Source of the DNA: Eledone cirrhosa
Taxonomy: Eukaryota
DNA length: 64,000 nucleotides
Reading direction: 5' to 3'
Assembly (NCBI GenBank): GCA_964016885.1
Contig: OZ024741.1
Location: 238,948,001 to 239,012,000, forward strand
Below are positions 39,199-53,223 of the stretch, in pieces. The notes under the pieces are model-generated. The model had not been told where the DNA came from. It saw nothing but the letters and a program-made list of their open reading frames with translations, and did not search any database. A program made the translations under genes and the position numbers. Each line of letters opens with the position of its first letter. Positions within the stretch are counted from its first letter, which is position 1.

Positions 39199-39944
39199 TT
39201 AGAACAGCTACACATTTGAATATCACTTTCCAAATGATATTTCATCATCATCATCATCATCAATCCAGAATAAAACTTCAATCTACTTTGTTTCTCTGCT
39301 GCTTTCTTTCCATCCCAACCACCACCGCCACTTTGTCTTCTACGCCCATCCCCTATATTATTGCTTTTCTTAATAAGCTATTGCTATTATTCCTGTTTTT
39401 GACCCCAGCTTTTAGATTAAGTTCAAGTTCAAAGTAGGTGTTCAAACTGACTTCTTTCCTCCTTCTGTCTCTCTTTTCCTCTTTACATTTCTCCCTCAAC
39501 CCCCACCCCACATTACCTTGTTTGTTTAGCAGCCAATATTATCATTATCAATTTTCGGTTATAACCCCCCTCCCCGCCTCTGCTGCCCCTGTCACCCCCA
39601 CACCCCCTTATTCTATTATACTTTCTTTTATTTACATTCCTTACCCACACCATTAAGTTCCCCTACACAACTCAAGGCAACATTGAAACAATGCCCTCCT
39701 CACTCAGATTTATATTTTTATTGGAAATAATAAGATAAAACAACAACAACAAATAATAGAAGAGAAATGTATTAAGCATTGATTATTTTTTCTTGATAAA
39801 ATAATTTCTTTGTCCATTTGTGAAAAGATTTCTATTCAATAATTTTCTCCTACCCCCTTCTTCTTAATTGTTCAAAACTCAAACTATTATATAATATTAT
39901 TCATTAAAATCTGTTGCTGTGTTTTCAAATCAATATATTGAGAA

Positions 39945-40013
39945 ATTATTATTATTATTACTACTACTATTATTATTATCATTATTATTATTATTATTAT
40001 TATTTTATTATTA

Positions 40014-40080
<67 letters not shown>
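39945..40080. repeat. (ATT)n microsatellite
   Basis: Long, slightly imperfect ATT/ACT triplet run. Confidence 0.95.
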
Positions 40081-40081
<1 letters not shown>

Positions 40082-41699
40082 ACTCCTGTCACTAGTACAG
40101 CTATCACAACTACTACCACCACCAGTTATTATTTTCCCCATCATTATTATTATTATTATCTTTTTTTTTTTTTTGCATGTCATGTTTACAAATATCCCTG
40201 TGTACAACATCAATTTTTATACATTTTCTAATAAATATTTTCATTTGCGAAATTTCAATAAAAAAATAAAATTTTCAAACATTACATTCACTTGCTATTT
40301 TTCGCTCATTTTTTTTATTTGTTTGTTTGTATATATATTTATTTATTTTCCATTTCTTCTATTTACAATTGTTTGCTTCTTGTTCTCAACACAAACATTT
40401 TTTCTTTTCTTTTTATTGCTGGTAATAGGATAGACTTTAAGCCGTGTTATAAACAATTTGTAGCAATCAATAAGCTCCAAGCTCTATTAACAACACTGTT
40501 TTCCCTGAATATCACGCACACTGGAAGCATTTGCTCACGAACTATTGCTTTGTATAGGGAATAACAAAATATTTACATAAAAAAACTGCTTTTAGGAAAA
40601 AGTAAGGGGTAAAAGGGGAGAGTAGGAAATTCTTATAAATCATTGCAAGTATCAGTAACTGCATTATTATCATTATCATCATGGTCGTTGTTGTTGTTGG
40701 CTTGCTTGTATAAATAGTCATGTTTTTGATTTCTACATCATCGCAGTTTTATTTGAACTTAAAGCTGAGATACAGTTGTTGTTTGTTGTTCACAAGTTTA
40801 GTAAGTGCTGTATGTTTGAGTTTAATGATGTTCTTGTCACTGAGTATTACAACATACATACACTGATAATATTATCATCATCACACATGACAAGTGACAG
40901 GAATCTCAAACATGCACTGTTCTGGCACAGACTTTTCCTTTGTTTAATGGAAAATTCTTTTAGTTCCATCTTATCTTGTTGTTTGTTGTTTTTGTTCCAT
41001 TTCGATATATACAATATTTCCATAGATAAATCCTTTTGATGACAAGAGAAGTGAATTGGAGAAAGCAAAAATATATACAACCAAAGCTAGGTTTAAAAAG
41101 AAACATCTGATGCAACTATTTTTGACAACTTACAGACAATATATGTTTCAATTTTCAATTGATTACAAAGGATTACATATGAAATTAGATTATTGATATC
41201 AAAGGGATTATATATCAAATAGAATAAATGTCAAATTAGATTACATTGTAAATGGATTATATATATCATGAATATCAGAATATGTGTAGAATTTGGCTTT
41301 GATTTTCGACAACTCTAGTTTTCACGTGAGTTTCAGTTGGTGTTTTTTTTTTCTTTCTTATTTCTTTTTTGTAAATCTCTGTCTTTTTCTTTTTACTTTT
41401 CTTTTTTCTTTCCTTCCCCATGATATTTTCTCATCACATAGAAAGATTGATTGAACAACAAAGAAGTAATATGAGCCAAAACTTTAGCAAGTAACCTAAC
41501 CTAGCCAGTATGATTTAGGAGCTGAATGTGTTAGAGACAATTGAAGTTTACAGTTATCATATTTACAAATGATGATTCTTTATTTTATCTTTTTATATAT
41601 ATTTTCATTTTCTCAAAGTTAAAAAAATCCTTTGTTCGATTTAAACTTAGAGTAATTATGCAGTTGTTACAGCTGGTAGTGTTACATAGTGTGTTAATG

Positions 41700-42020
41700 T
41701 ATGTATAGGTCCATACACCAGGTGGGGTCATAAGAGTACCGTAGTCTATACAGCATTTCTTGAGCATTTAAAACCTGATAGAACCCATCCTCCAGGTCTG
41801 AACACATCTGATTTCTTCCAGAGAAGGAGAAATAGAGTGAGGACGTGAGAATGAGATGTAGGGGAAGAATCGACTCTAGTACTGGATTGGCACTTTTTTT
41901 ATTGACCTTGAAAGGCAAAGTTGACTTCAGTGGGATTTGAACACAGAGTGCAGAAATCTACAACGAACATCACAAATCATTCTACCCAATGTTTTTATGA
42001 CTCTGCCACTTCACTGCCGA
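41700..42020 (-). mobile_element. Older SINE A-related copy with the alternative tail
   Basis: cagcatttcttgagcattt tail, aaaggcaaagttgac core and gggatttgaac B-box. Homologous to 2283-2500. Confidence 0.75.
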
Positions 42021-45000
42021 GATTGTTAATAGGCAATGCTAACTATTTAATTCTATCAGGGTAAATTTCGTTCCTTCAAATAATCTAGAATTTTTATTGT
42101 CTTCTAAATGAATTGCACATATTACCTCCACCACTACTACTATCAAGTTTGGCAACAAACAGTGGAAGAAATAGAATTTGAGATGTGGACACTTGATATA
42201 ATTGTTCAAAGTAAAAGTTCTTTCATGCATCGATGCATAGAATCTAAGATAAAACTAATTTCCAGTATATTGCTGAAAGGAATCCCATTGCCGTTGAATG
42301 TTTGTTAATTAGATATCTGCATCAAGGATACTTGTACCTTCAGGAGAAGTGACTTCTAAAACGATACCTTAGCAGTGCTGTTGATATTTCTTCATAAAAT
42401 TTGGGGACATACTTGGGTTGAAATTGTAGATTCCTGGAAAATAACAAAAACAGAAAATTGACATAAAAGCTAGAGAATGTCTTCATCAATCATAAATAAA
42501 TTGTAAAAGTGACTGTAAAACATCTTGACAAATCTTTATTGAAGTGAAACATACTCCATGGCAGCAATCATGCTGGGGAGTAGCCTTAAGCTAAGCTCTG
42601 TGACTCAATAGCAGCTCTCCATGACACCAATTTATAAACTCAGTTTCTGATGTCAAGTCAATTACATTAGATTCTAAGCAGCTCCCTTCACTGTTAGGTG
42701 CAACATCAAATCCATTAGATCATATTGATATCAGATTAACAAGCTCACATTGCAGACATCAATCTAGATAGAATACAAATCTTCTCTCCCACACACACAC
42801 ATGCATGCACATACACATTCCTCCTTTTCACTTCAGATAATAGAAATGGAGTGGGGGAGTATACCTCGGCATAGTCAAATTATGCAAAATAATTTTTTAT
42901 ATTTTCTGTAGTAAAACGAAACTTACTAAGCAACTGAATTTAAAGGAACCTTTAAAATATGCATTCTGTTTAAATGTAGATGAGTTGTTAAAGCATAAGA
43001 TAAAACAATGCCTTGTGTTGTTTGTTCTGGTTTTCTACATACCAAGTTTAAATCCTGCTAAAGTGAACTTTACTTTCTGTCCATTTGGCTTTTAGGGGTC
43101 AATAAAATAACATACCTGTTCAGAGCTGTGGATTTGCAGAATTGTTAGAACATCAGTCCAGTATTTGTTTTAGTTCATTGCATTCTGGTTTCAAATCCTG
43201 CTGTGGTTTACTTGAGTGGTAGACTTAATTTGTTGCCTGACACTTGAGTAGCTTTAGTAGAGATCACTCTAATGTAATCATTCCTACCAGATCTCCAGTG
43301 TAAAGCTACTTTCCCACCTACACTTTCCTCCCTAACTAGACAGTAAAACAAAAGTATAATCTGCAAAGGCAAGATCTAAAATAAAATGACCTCAGCAAGA
43401 TTTTGTTGATATTTATCTATTTAGTGAGTTAGTTCATTACTAAATTCTGACAAGGAAGATGCTTTACCCTCAGCTGGAACGTTGAAACAAATTTCTTTCT
43501 CATTGGCTCTAGTCTTACATTGCTGATGTTAAGGTAAAAATCATCACCACAAGCCTCTTCTAAAGTTTTTTATTTTTCTTCCTCAGACTTCAGATATATT
43601 AACCACAGAATTGATGATCATTCAGGTAAACACTAAACTATATCTGGGAAGAAGGTTTTGTACAGCAAAACTTTTGACAAGAAAGAATGAGATATTTACT
43701 GAGTGTAGATATTAACTGCTATATGCTAAAATAAATTCTCAGCAAATGAAAAAAAAAAAAAGAGACAAAGTTTTTAAAAAATAATGCTTCAATAAACTTG
43801 GTAGACTTAAATTATGTTGAGGCCTGTTGAGAAGTTTATCAGTTATAGAGACAGATTTATGAGACTCTATATTGCTTCATCCAATATTTGTTTCATTTCA
43901 TGCATGACTGCTATGCACTTTATACCATTTATTTCTATATTGACTTTTCTATAATAAAATATTCTGAAATTTAAAAATGCTATATAATGGCTTTTGGCAT
44001 ATATATTTTTCTGGACATTTTCAAACTAAATAGATGCTAGAACTCTGTGTGAATTTACATTAAATTAAAAAATATATATAAATTAATTGAAGCATCTGAA
44101 TATCAAATTGACATTTCAGACAAGTACATCTGTCTCCCCATTCACAGAACTGAGTGTGTTAAATGTATGTGTATACATATGCATGAATAATCACACACAC
44201 AAACATATGTGTGTGTGTGTGTGTGGATATATATATATCCATACATGTGTGTGGATATATATATATATATATGTGTGCGTGTGTGTGCGCGTTTAAGTTA
44301 TAATGTGCATTTCTGAAGTACTTCATGTGAAGATTTGGCTTTTAAGAGATGTTATCTTTAGTTTCATATAAACCCCTATATAGCTAAATACTCAAACTTT
44401 GATTAAAATGTGTGTAAATGTATATGTATAAATGTGAATGTGAATCCTAGATTTATAATAGGCACACCATGCAAAACACTGCCTCAGGGAAGCCATCAAA
44501 CACATGCCAGAATAGAAAAGTGAACATAATACAACAATGATGATGATTATGGTAGTGCTGGTGATCGTGTATGAAGTTTTACCTTTACCAATTTACATAT
44601 TTTCTCTGCTACTATGAATGGATTGTCACAGTAAAGTTCAATATTTGCATATTACAAAATCTAATGTTTTAACATCTAAATGTCCTTCCAATCACTAACA
44701 AACTCATTGAACCATTCACTGGGAATGACTCAGTAAGGATACTAAGACCAAGCTGATAATTGAAACAAGTTAACAATGGTGGCAAAGATCATTTTTGCCC
44801 TGAGAAAAATCACAGAATAGTAATCAGATACAGCTGGTTATAGAATTATCCCCAGCAAAGGGGTTAACAAGGACAATAGCTGGTATTTGTCATGATAAAT
44901 AGTCAGATTGACTGAGAACTACTCTTAATCATCTAGGTTACTGCCAATGACTGGAAATGTCCTGCAGCCCAGAGATCTTTGTCTAGAAAGATTTGCTAGG

Positions 45001-47359
45001 TTGTTTCATGATCTCATAGCCATACCAGTCATCATGATTTTAAATTTGTTTGGATATTACACTTTACTGTTTTATTATTTACTGTATTCACTCCAACCTT
45101 TTGTAAATATCACATGTGTAAGACGTCAATGTAACTTTAGCTGGTAAAAGGCTAGCATTAAGATAGAAAAGTTGAAGAAGTCACAACTAAAGCAGTTAGC
45201 TGGTGAATATACTTGGAAAACTCATGAACATATCATGCTTTAATGAAATCTACTTGATGGGTAATCAAATTAGGAAGGCATAAATATAAATATGGGGATG
45301 AAACACAACTGTATAGTTAGATTAGATGGACATACAAGCATATATGTACACATGTACATGCACATTCCTCTCACACACACATATGCAAACATGCACAAAC
45401 ACTCTTAAACAGAGCAAATGTAGACAGAATTTTCTTTCACATAATAAGAGAGATTAGCAAGATAGCTATTTATACATGTAGATAAAATGCCAGGCTAAAA
45501 CAACCCACAAGTATGAAAATCCTTGAACATCATACAGAAGACATTTTTTATTGATATAGAATATCAAATATTATGTTCAAATTTTTCTAATAATTATATA
45601 TTCTTAGATAATCCTAGTTACTTAAATTCATAAGAATGAAAAATGTGACTTTGTGGCATTCATGTCTTTTCAAGCATACAAACGATATAAATAATGTGAG
45701 ATGGCTACAGCTAGGTATTAAAACGTCTAGCTTGCTAGCAATCTACATCTAGTTACTATTCCACGATTTGAACTCACAATGTACAGAAAACTGAACAATT
45801 GAATGGTATTTAGGTTGACACTCTAGTGTTTCTAACACTCTCAACCCTCTTACTTCTTTTGACATCAAACCACCCAAAATCACCTTGGATTTGTGATACA
45901 AAACTGCCCTTTTTAAAATGTTTGTACTTAATATAAAAATTTTCCATCTTAATCTTATTTAATAAATTTTTGTTCAGTAATGTTCCAAATATCAATTTAC
46001 AAATTAAAAAATAAGTTATTTTAATGAATTCTTCAAAATTTTTGTTTATTTCCAAATATATTAAAGTATATAGGCAGTGTATTAGAAATATGGTATCAAA
46101 AGGGTTAATAATAATTGTTTCTGATTCACATACAAGGTCAACAATTTGGGGGGAGGTGAAAGCTGATTAAATTGACCTCAGTATGTTAGTGATAAAAATA
46201 AGCATGACAGGATAGAGAACAGAACTAACAGCAAAAGAACATTTACTTGGAGGAGTCAAAATAGATCAGGAGATTTTCCAAAATAGATCAGAGGATTCTC
46301 ACCTCACTTTCTCTAGAAACTGGGTATAATTTAGAAAAAGACCTGAAGAGATTAAATCAACCTCAGTAATTAATTGGTACTTTTATCGAATGAACGGCAA
46401 AGTTGACCTCTGTGGGATTTAATCAAAATGTAAAGAGCTAGAACAAATACTGCTAAGCATTTGTCTCATGTTCTAATGATTCTGCCAATCCACTGTCCTC
46501 TAATAATAATAATTTCATTTATTTGCTACAATGGTATGGATGAAGTGGACATTAGAGACAAAATAAGTAAAGTGGAAGTTTACATAGAAATTGGATGAAT
46601 GTAAAAAAGAAAAACTGAAAAAAAAATAGAAATGTGTGATACAGTCCCCAGTGATGAGGACTACTACCTAAGGCAAATCAAGGAACTCCACAGATTTGGT
46701 ACAACCCTGATTACCAGCAAGGTCATTACTCAGTTGGACCTCCCATTCTACAGGTAAATGCTGAATATGTGAACATTCATTTGGGTCATTTTTGCTGCTC
46801 TCAACAACCTTTTAATAGGTTTATTGGTGGACACCACCATCTTTTTCACCCTCATCTTCCTTTCCAAGTGGAACTTTTAAAATTTGATGAGGGCCTGGCT
46901 GAAGAGAAAAGTGTGTCTTTAGTACTTACAGTCATATTCATTTCACATCTTTTGATATAACCATTAGACAAATTGACCCTTTTAATCCACCCAAACTGCT
47001 CCTGGTTCAATGAAACAGGATCACTCATTTTAAAAGGTTCCTATTTAAATTAATATCTTTCAACATGACTTGATATAAGAACCTTTTGTTAAATTATGTA
47101 GCAAATACTATTGTATTAATGAAATAGTTAATGATTTTAGTGAAACCCTTCATATTCTTCATTAATTAGTTCAAATGCAGCATATTTCATTAGAAATATG
47201 GTAACGGAAGGGTTAAAAATACTTGCCCTTCACGACTAAAGGAAGGCTATAGGGCAATCTCCACAGTGAACTAAGCCAATAACTTGAGCCATTCCACTCA
47301 CTACAACAGTTGTTAAACAAAATTAGTACTGATAATGATGATAATAATAATAATAATAA

Positions 47360-47567
47360 TAATTGTTTCTACTTTTGGCACAAGGCCAGCAATTATCCCA
47401 GTGCATTACTAGTACTTTATTTTATCGACCCCGTAAGGATGAAAGGCAAAGTTAACCTCGGCGGGATTTGAACTCAGATCATAAAGGGAGGTAACTCTGT
47501 GCTTCAAAGCATGGCACCGACCCTCTACCGATACTGCCAATCCCCCGCCCTCACCAATCCACCGCCC
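47360..47567 (-). mobile_element. SINE family A, full copy in (TAA)n
   Basis: Matches the family sequence. (TAA)n lies on both sides. Confidence 0.92.
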
Positions 47568-47654
47568 TAATAATAATAATAATAATAATTGTTCAGGTGG
47601 CAATGTTACCTCTGTCCTTAGGTACTTAGGAAAATAAAATACAGATATTCACTA

Positions 47655-49225
47655 GGAAAAGGAAGAAACACCTTGAATCAACTATTATTCATGGATGACC
47701 TCAAATTATATGGGGAAAATAAGAATGAAATTGGTCCAAACAGTAAGAGTATTTAGTGAGGATATTGGTATGGAATTTGGGATAGGTAAATGTGCAATAG
47801 TTAAAATTGTAAGGGAAAAAAGATCAGTTCAGAAGGTATTCAATTACCCAACTATGAAATTATTCGATCTTTGGAAGTTGGAGAGGGCTACAAATACTTC
47901 AGAATACTCCAGAGTGATAAGGTACTTAGCAAAGAGATGAAAAGAAAAATCACACAGAAGTATTTCAGGTGAGTCAAGGGCATCCTGGGATTGCAGCTTA
48001 ATGCTGGAAACATGATAATGGCAATGAACAACAGAGCTGGGTTTATAATAAGATATGGTGTGGGAATTATAGACTGGATGGTCGATGAACTGAAAAACAT
48101 AGATAGAAAAACAAGAAAGATGTTGAATATTTATCGAGGCTTACACCACTAGACTGATGTTGACCGACTCTGTGCGAAAAGAGCAGAAGGTGGAAAAGTA
48201 CTGATCAGTGATGGGGAGATAGTTTCAGAGGATAAAAAGAGGAAAAATAAAGAAAATTTGTTAAAAGAGGTCATAAAAAATGGAATCTATGATGGAAAGG
48301 GAGATTCGCAAAAAATAAAGTCGAAAAGCCACAAAACGGAAAGCTAGATTTGAAGCAAAACCATTACACTCAGCCTATGAAGTAAACACAAGAGCTGTCA
48401 GAAATGACACTTGGATATGGGTACAAAGAGGTCACTTGAAAAAGGAGACAGAGGGTTTGATTATAGCAGCCCAGGACCAGGCAATAAGAACTAATTGGAT
48501 CAAAGTTAATGTAGACAAGGTGATCACATCACCACTGTGTAGGATGCGTGGGAAGGTAAATGAGACAATTAGCCATATTGTCTCAGAATACTCACAATTG
48601 GCCCAGAATGAATACAAAACTTGGAGACATGATAAAGTGGTAGCAGTAATACATTGGCAATTATGTAAAAAGTTTGAGTTCAATTGTAATGGAAAATGGT
48701 ATGACAACTTTATAACAAAAGAGATGAAAGTGTTGGAAAATGATGAAGTCAAAATTCTGTGGGATATTACAATACAAATGGAAACAAAGATTGATCACAA
48801 CAATCTGGACATAATAGTGATACTCAAGAAAGAAAAGAAATGTTTTATTATAGATGTGGCATGACCTTTTGACACAAGAATAAAAGATAAAGAAAAAGAA
48901 AATAAAAACTATTACAATGATCTCAAATGTGAAATTCAGAAAGTATGGAAGGGGTGAAGTAAATAAGGTAATATTGGTACCAATAGTTATAGGAGCCCTG
49001 TGATGTGTAACAGACAATCTTACAAAAAGTTGGCAACAAATTAGATTTCATCTTGGTATAGAGCCTGTACAAAAAGCATGCCTTCTTAAAAAAGTGATGG
49101 ATACCTATCTTAAGCTCGATGATGAAGTGTGATGGTAAGAAGAAAAATACTGGTAGTTAACATCCACACTGTGCAAAGATGAAGATAACATTTAATGATA
49201 ATACTAATAATAATAATAATAATAA
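47655..49225 (+). mobile_element. Degraded 5'-truncated R4/Dong-clade non-LTR element (RT, zinc knuckle, restriction-like endonuclease)
   Basis: LLFMDDLKLYG, FSEDIGMEFGIGKCA, KETEGLIIAAQDQAIRT, CRM..ETISHIVS, RHDKV, KILWD..DHNNLDIIV..CFIIDVA. Ends in (TAA)n. Confidence 0.9.
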
Positions 49226-49226
49226 T

Positions 49227-49420
49227 TGGCAGTATCGGTAGATGGTCAGACGCCATGTCTTGCAGCAAAGAGTTACGGCCCTTTATGGTCTGAGTTCAAA
49301 TCCCGCCGAGGTTAACTTTGCCTTTCATCCTTACGGGGTCGATAAAACAAAGTACCAGTAATACACTGGGATAATTGCTGGCCTTGTGCCAAAAGTAGAA
49401 ACAATTATTATTATTATTAC
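49227..49420 (+). mobile_element. SINE family A copy
   Basis: Matches the family sequence, with an (ATT)n tail. Confidence 0.9.
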
Positions 49421-49762
49421 TAGCCTTCTGCCAAATGTAGAAGCAATTATTATTATTATAATGGAGTGCATACGTCCCCCACCCCCCACCTGACATAACA
49501 AAAGAATATTGGAATCATCACACGTGGGCTACCCATTTAGTTCCATTATGGAGAATTATACACTCGGTTATCAAACTATTTTCTGTAGTAAAAAATATGG
49601 TGAAAGCTACTAAACAAATTGAATTTTCAAATTCTAATCACCACTGTCTTCTAAACCATATGTGATTTATTTACATATATGGTAGAAACCATGCCAAAAC
49701 AGTTGAGAGGACTCTTCAAGGACACAACATTTCTAGTGTTGGTGATACAATTAAATACAATG

Positions 49763-49811
<49 letters not shown>

Positions 49812-49815
<4 letters not shown>

Positions 49816-50605
49816 GTTCAAGTCAGATCCAGGGAACAGGGCCCGAGGATAGGAAGAGGAAATGGCTGGACCATTTTAGGACCCTACTAGGAGAGCCGCC
49901 CTCCATAGCCCAGAACACTGGGGAGATCAGGTGGCTGTTTGAGGAACTGGATATTGAGACAGGACCCTTCACCAGAGAGGAGTTTCAGAGAGCCAAGAAT
50001 AAGATCAAGGAGGGCAAGGTTGATGGAGAAGATGGAGTGGCATCAGAGGTGATGAAGAAGTGTGATTTTGATCATATCATCCTGGGGTTCTATAACCAGG
50101 CACTGGAGAAAGGAGTTGCCCTGAATCAGTGGAGGATCAGTAACATCATCCCAGTGCCAAAGAAGGGAGATTGCTGTAACACCAACAACTACAGGAGGAT
50201 CTCACTGACGTCACTTGTGGCAAAGACCCTCAACAGAATGATTCTTAACAGGATCCAGCCCGAGATGGAGAAGAAGCTCAGGGACAACCAGAACGGCTTC
50301 AAAGCAGGAAGATCAACCACCAGTTATATCCTGATGCTGAAGGATATTAGAGGGAGCTAGGGCAAAGAGCCTTCCTGCAGTCATGGTTTTCATTGACTTT
50401 ATGAGGGCCTTTGATTCTGTGGACCATCACTACCTGATGAAGATTTTACAGGCTTATGGAATCCCCAAGAAGATAGTGGACCTGATATCACTGCTCTGCA
50501 CCAACACCAAAGCCCAAGTCATTACACCTTATGGGATGACGGAGTTCTTTGAGATACTGGCTGGAGTGCTGCAGGGAGATATATTGGCTCCCTACCTTTT
50601 ATCAT
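49812..50605 (+). mobile_element. Internal RT fragment of an RTE-like LINE (frameshifted)
   Basis: IIPVPKKGD..NYRRISLTS..NRMILNRI..LRDNQNGF..RST, VFIDF..AFDSV, AYGIP, GVLQGDILAPYL. Confidence 0.9.
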
Positions 50606-50698
50606 CGCAGTATATTTATATAAGTTTATCCCAGGTTCAATCAGGGGTAACCACAGTAAGTAAGGTACTCAATACATAGCAAAATATAAAAATGTATG

Positions 50699-50731
<33 letters not shown>

Positions 50732-50794
50732 CAAATGGAACAAAACCGTCTAACCAATGCTAGCATGGAAGATGGACGTTAAATGATGATGATG

Positions 50795-50828
<34 letters not shown>

Positions 50829-50839
50829 TATGTATAAAT

Positions 50840-51556
50840 ATTTCGATTCTGAATTTGTTTAGCAAGATTCTTTATCTGATAACGTGTGTGGAAAGCGAAA
50901 TTGTTATGATTTGGGAGGGTCATGTTGCCAATAAGAAACACACACACCAGTTGCTTTCACTCCAATTTATTATAAATTAAATTTATAAATTTAAGAATTT
51001 ATAAATTTCTGGTTGGTTGGTTGGTTCCATAACCGGACGGTTGTTCATATATTGTCAAAATTCTTTCGTCACACATTCTGTGATCTCTTCAGTGACTGGG
51101 GATTCTTTTCTTTGTTTTTGTGCCTCTCCTTTATTCTGTCCTACGCCATCTTGTTTTTTGTGTGTGTTGTGAACTTAGTTTGCGCATGTGTTACATCTGG
51201 GTGTCTGTGTGTGTTTATATTTGTTTATTTATTTGTTTATTTACATGTTACTGGTTGGTTGTTTGTTCTATGTGTGTGTTTTCATTTTGTCCTTAATTGT
51301 AAGTTGTGATGTTGCTATTCCATTCATGTTTTCTATTTAATTTATAATAAGAATCCCCAGTCACTGAAGAGGTCACAGAATGTGTGACGAAAGAACTTTG
51401 ACAATATATGAACAACCGTCCGGTTATGGAACCAACCAACCAACCAGAAATTTATAAATTCTTAAATTTTTAAATTTAATTTATAATAAATTGGAGTGAA
51501 AGCACCTGGTGCGTGTGTTTCTTATTGGCAACATGACCCTCCCAAAGCATAACAAT
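50840..51556 (-). mobile_element. 5'-truncated PLE 3' region with an inverted pseudo-LTR (arms 50900-51106 and 51349-51556)
   Basis: ~207-bp inverted arms, each with gtca-CTGAAGA-g(g/a)tcac agaatgt gtgac-GAAA-gaa(c/t)-TT-tgac. Tail at 50840-50899. Related to 58187-60165. Confidence 0.85.
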
Positions 51557-51593
51557 ATGTATAAATATATTAATATATATATATGTATATATA

Positions 51594-51930
51594 TGGAGGC
51601 ACATGGCTTAGTGGTTAGAGCATTGGCCTTGCAATCAAAAGGTTGTGAGTTCAATTCTCAGACCGGGTGATGTGTTGTTTCCTTGAGCAAGACACTTTAT
51701 TTCACATTGCTCCAGTTTACTCAGCTGTAGAAATGAGATGATAGGGACTGGGGTCCATATCATTCCACTGCAAAGTGGTCGTGGAGGTGCCACAGCAAAA
51801 AAGCACCCAGCACTCACTGTAAATGAGGTTGGTGTTAGGAAGGGCATCCAGCTGTAGAAATCAAGCCAGAATCAGTTCCCGTCCGACCCTTGCAAGCAGG
51901 GAAAAAGTGGACGTAAAATGAAATGATGAT
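51594..51930 (+). mobile_element. SINE family B, full copy
   Basis: Near-identical to 33235-33577. Confidence 0.92.
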
Positions 51931-51947
51931 ATATATATATATATATG

Positions 51948-51980
<33 letters not shown>

Positions 51981-52229
51981 ATACATATGTATATATATAC
52001 GTAGGTCCCGGGTTGAGTCGGGGATAACCACAGTAAGTAAGGTACTCAATACATGGCAGAGTAAATTTTTTTTATTTTATAGAAGGAGCTTCTACAGGAC
52101 TAGTACTGTTTCATTCAGATGCATGTATATATATATATATTTGTATGTATTTATCATCGTTTTACGTCCACTTTTCCCTGCTTGCAAGGGTTGGACGGGT
52201 CCTATTCAGCACCCAGCATCTCTCCACTT

Positions 52230-52260
<31 letters not shown>

Positions 52261-53132
52261 GCCTTCTTAGATAGACACTTTCCCATAGGTCATAAATACC
52301 GCTCCATCTTTAACCGACACAAAGTTAAACTAGGATACTCCAGCGCTAAGAACATGAAGGCCCACATCACCAGCAGCCCTAGGAGCAACACCCCACCAGG
52401 GTGCTCTTGCCGTAAGCCTGAAGCTTGCCCCCTTCAACAGCAATGCAACACACCAGCTGTAATTTATGAAGCTGTGGTCACTTCCAACCGACCAAACGAA
52501 CCACAGGAGGTCGAATCCTATGTGGGCATAGCGGAGGGCCGATTTAAGGAACGTTTCCTGACCCATCAGTCTACCTTCAGGTACCCGGACAGTCGTTCAT
52601 CCACGAAACTCGCGAGCCACGTATAGACTACTCCATTCAATGGAAAGCCATCACTAAGTTCAAGCCATACGCAAGGGGAAATCTGACGTGTGGCTTATGT
52701 ATTGACGAACGAATAACTATTCTAAAGAGATTACGTAATAGTGATTGCCTAAACACGAGAAATGAATTTTTCACACGTTGTCCGCACGTCGCCAAACACC
52801 TATTGCATAACTACAAGGCTCCGGACTGATTCTTTGTAATTTTCTTTTCAACCTAAAAACTTTTCTGACTTTCGCAGTTATCTCCCTTACACTATCTTCC
52901 TCTCTCACGCAGTCTAGTATTGCCTGTGTGAAGTGACCGGGTTTCTGCGCATGCGCGTTCGTACGGTTGTCCTTCCTGTTCCTATAACCATGCCCATTCC
53001 GAGCTGAGGAACTGCTAAGGTGAAACAATTGTTCTCGGTATGGTGAACTAACTGTTGTGTAACCACTTCTACCTAACTCGTCCCTCGGACTGAGTGCTCG
53101 ACCGCTACGGATATTGCCTTCCAGTGTTCCAC

Positions 53133-53135
<3 letters not shown>
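52261..53135 (+). mobile_element. 5'-truncated PLE (GIY-YIG C-terminal part plus 3' region) within (TA)n
   Basis: FLDRHFP..IFNRHKVKLGYS..CSCRKPEACPL..VIYEAVV..YVGIAEGRFKERF..H. After a break: IQWK..CGLCIDER..CLNTRNEFFTRCPH. Confidence 0.92.
52999..53038 (+). ncRNA. Type I minimal hammerhead ribozyme
   Basis: ccgag-CTGAGGA-ac tgctaag gt-GAAA-caattg-TT-ctcgg: 5-bp GC-rich stem I and palindromic stem III. Confidence 0.8.
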
Positions 53136-53220
<85 letters not shown>

Positions 53221-53223
<3 letters not shown>

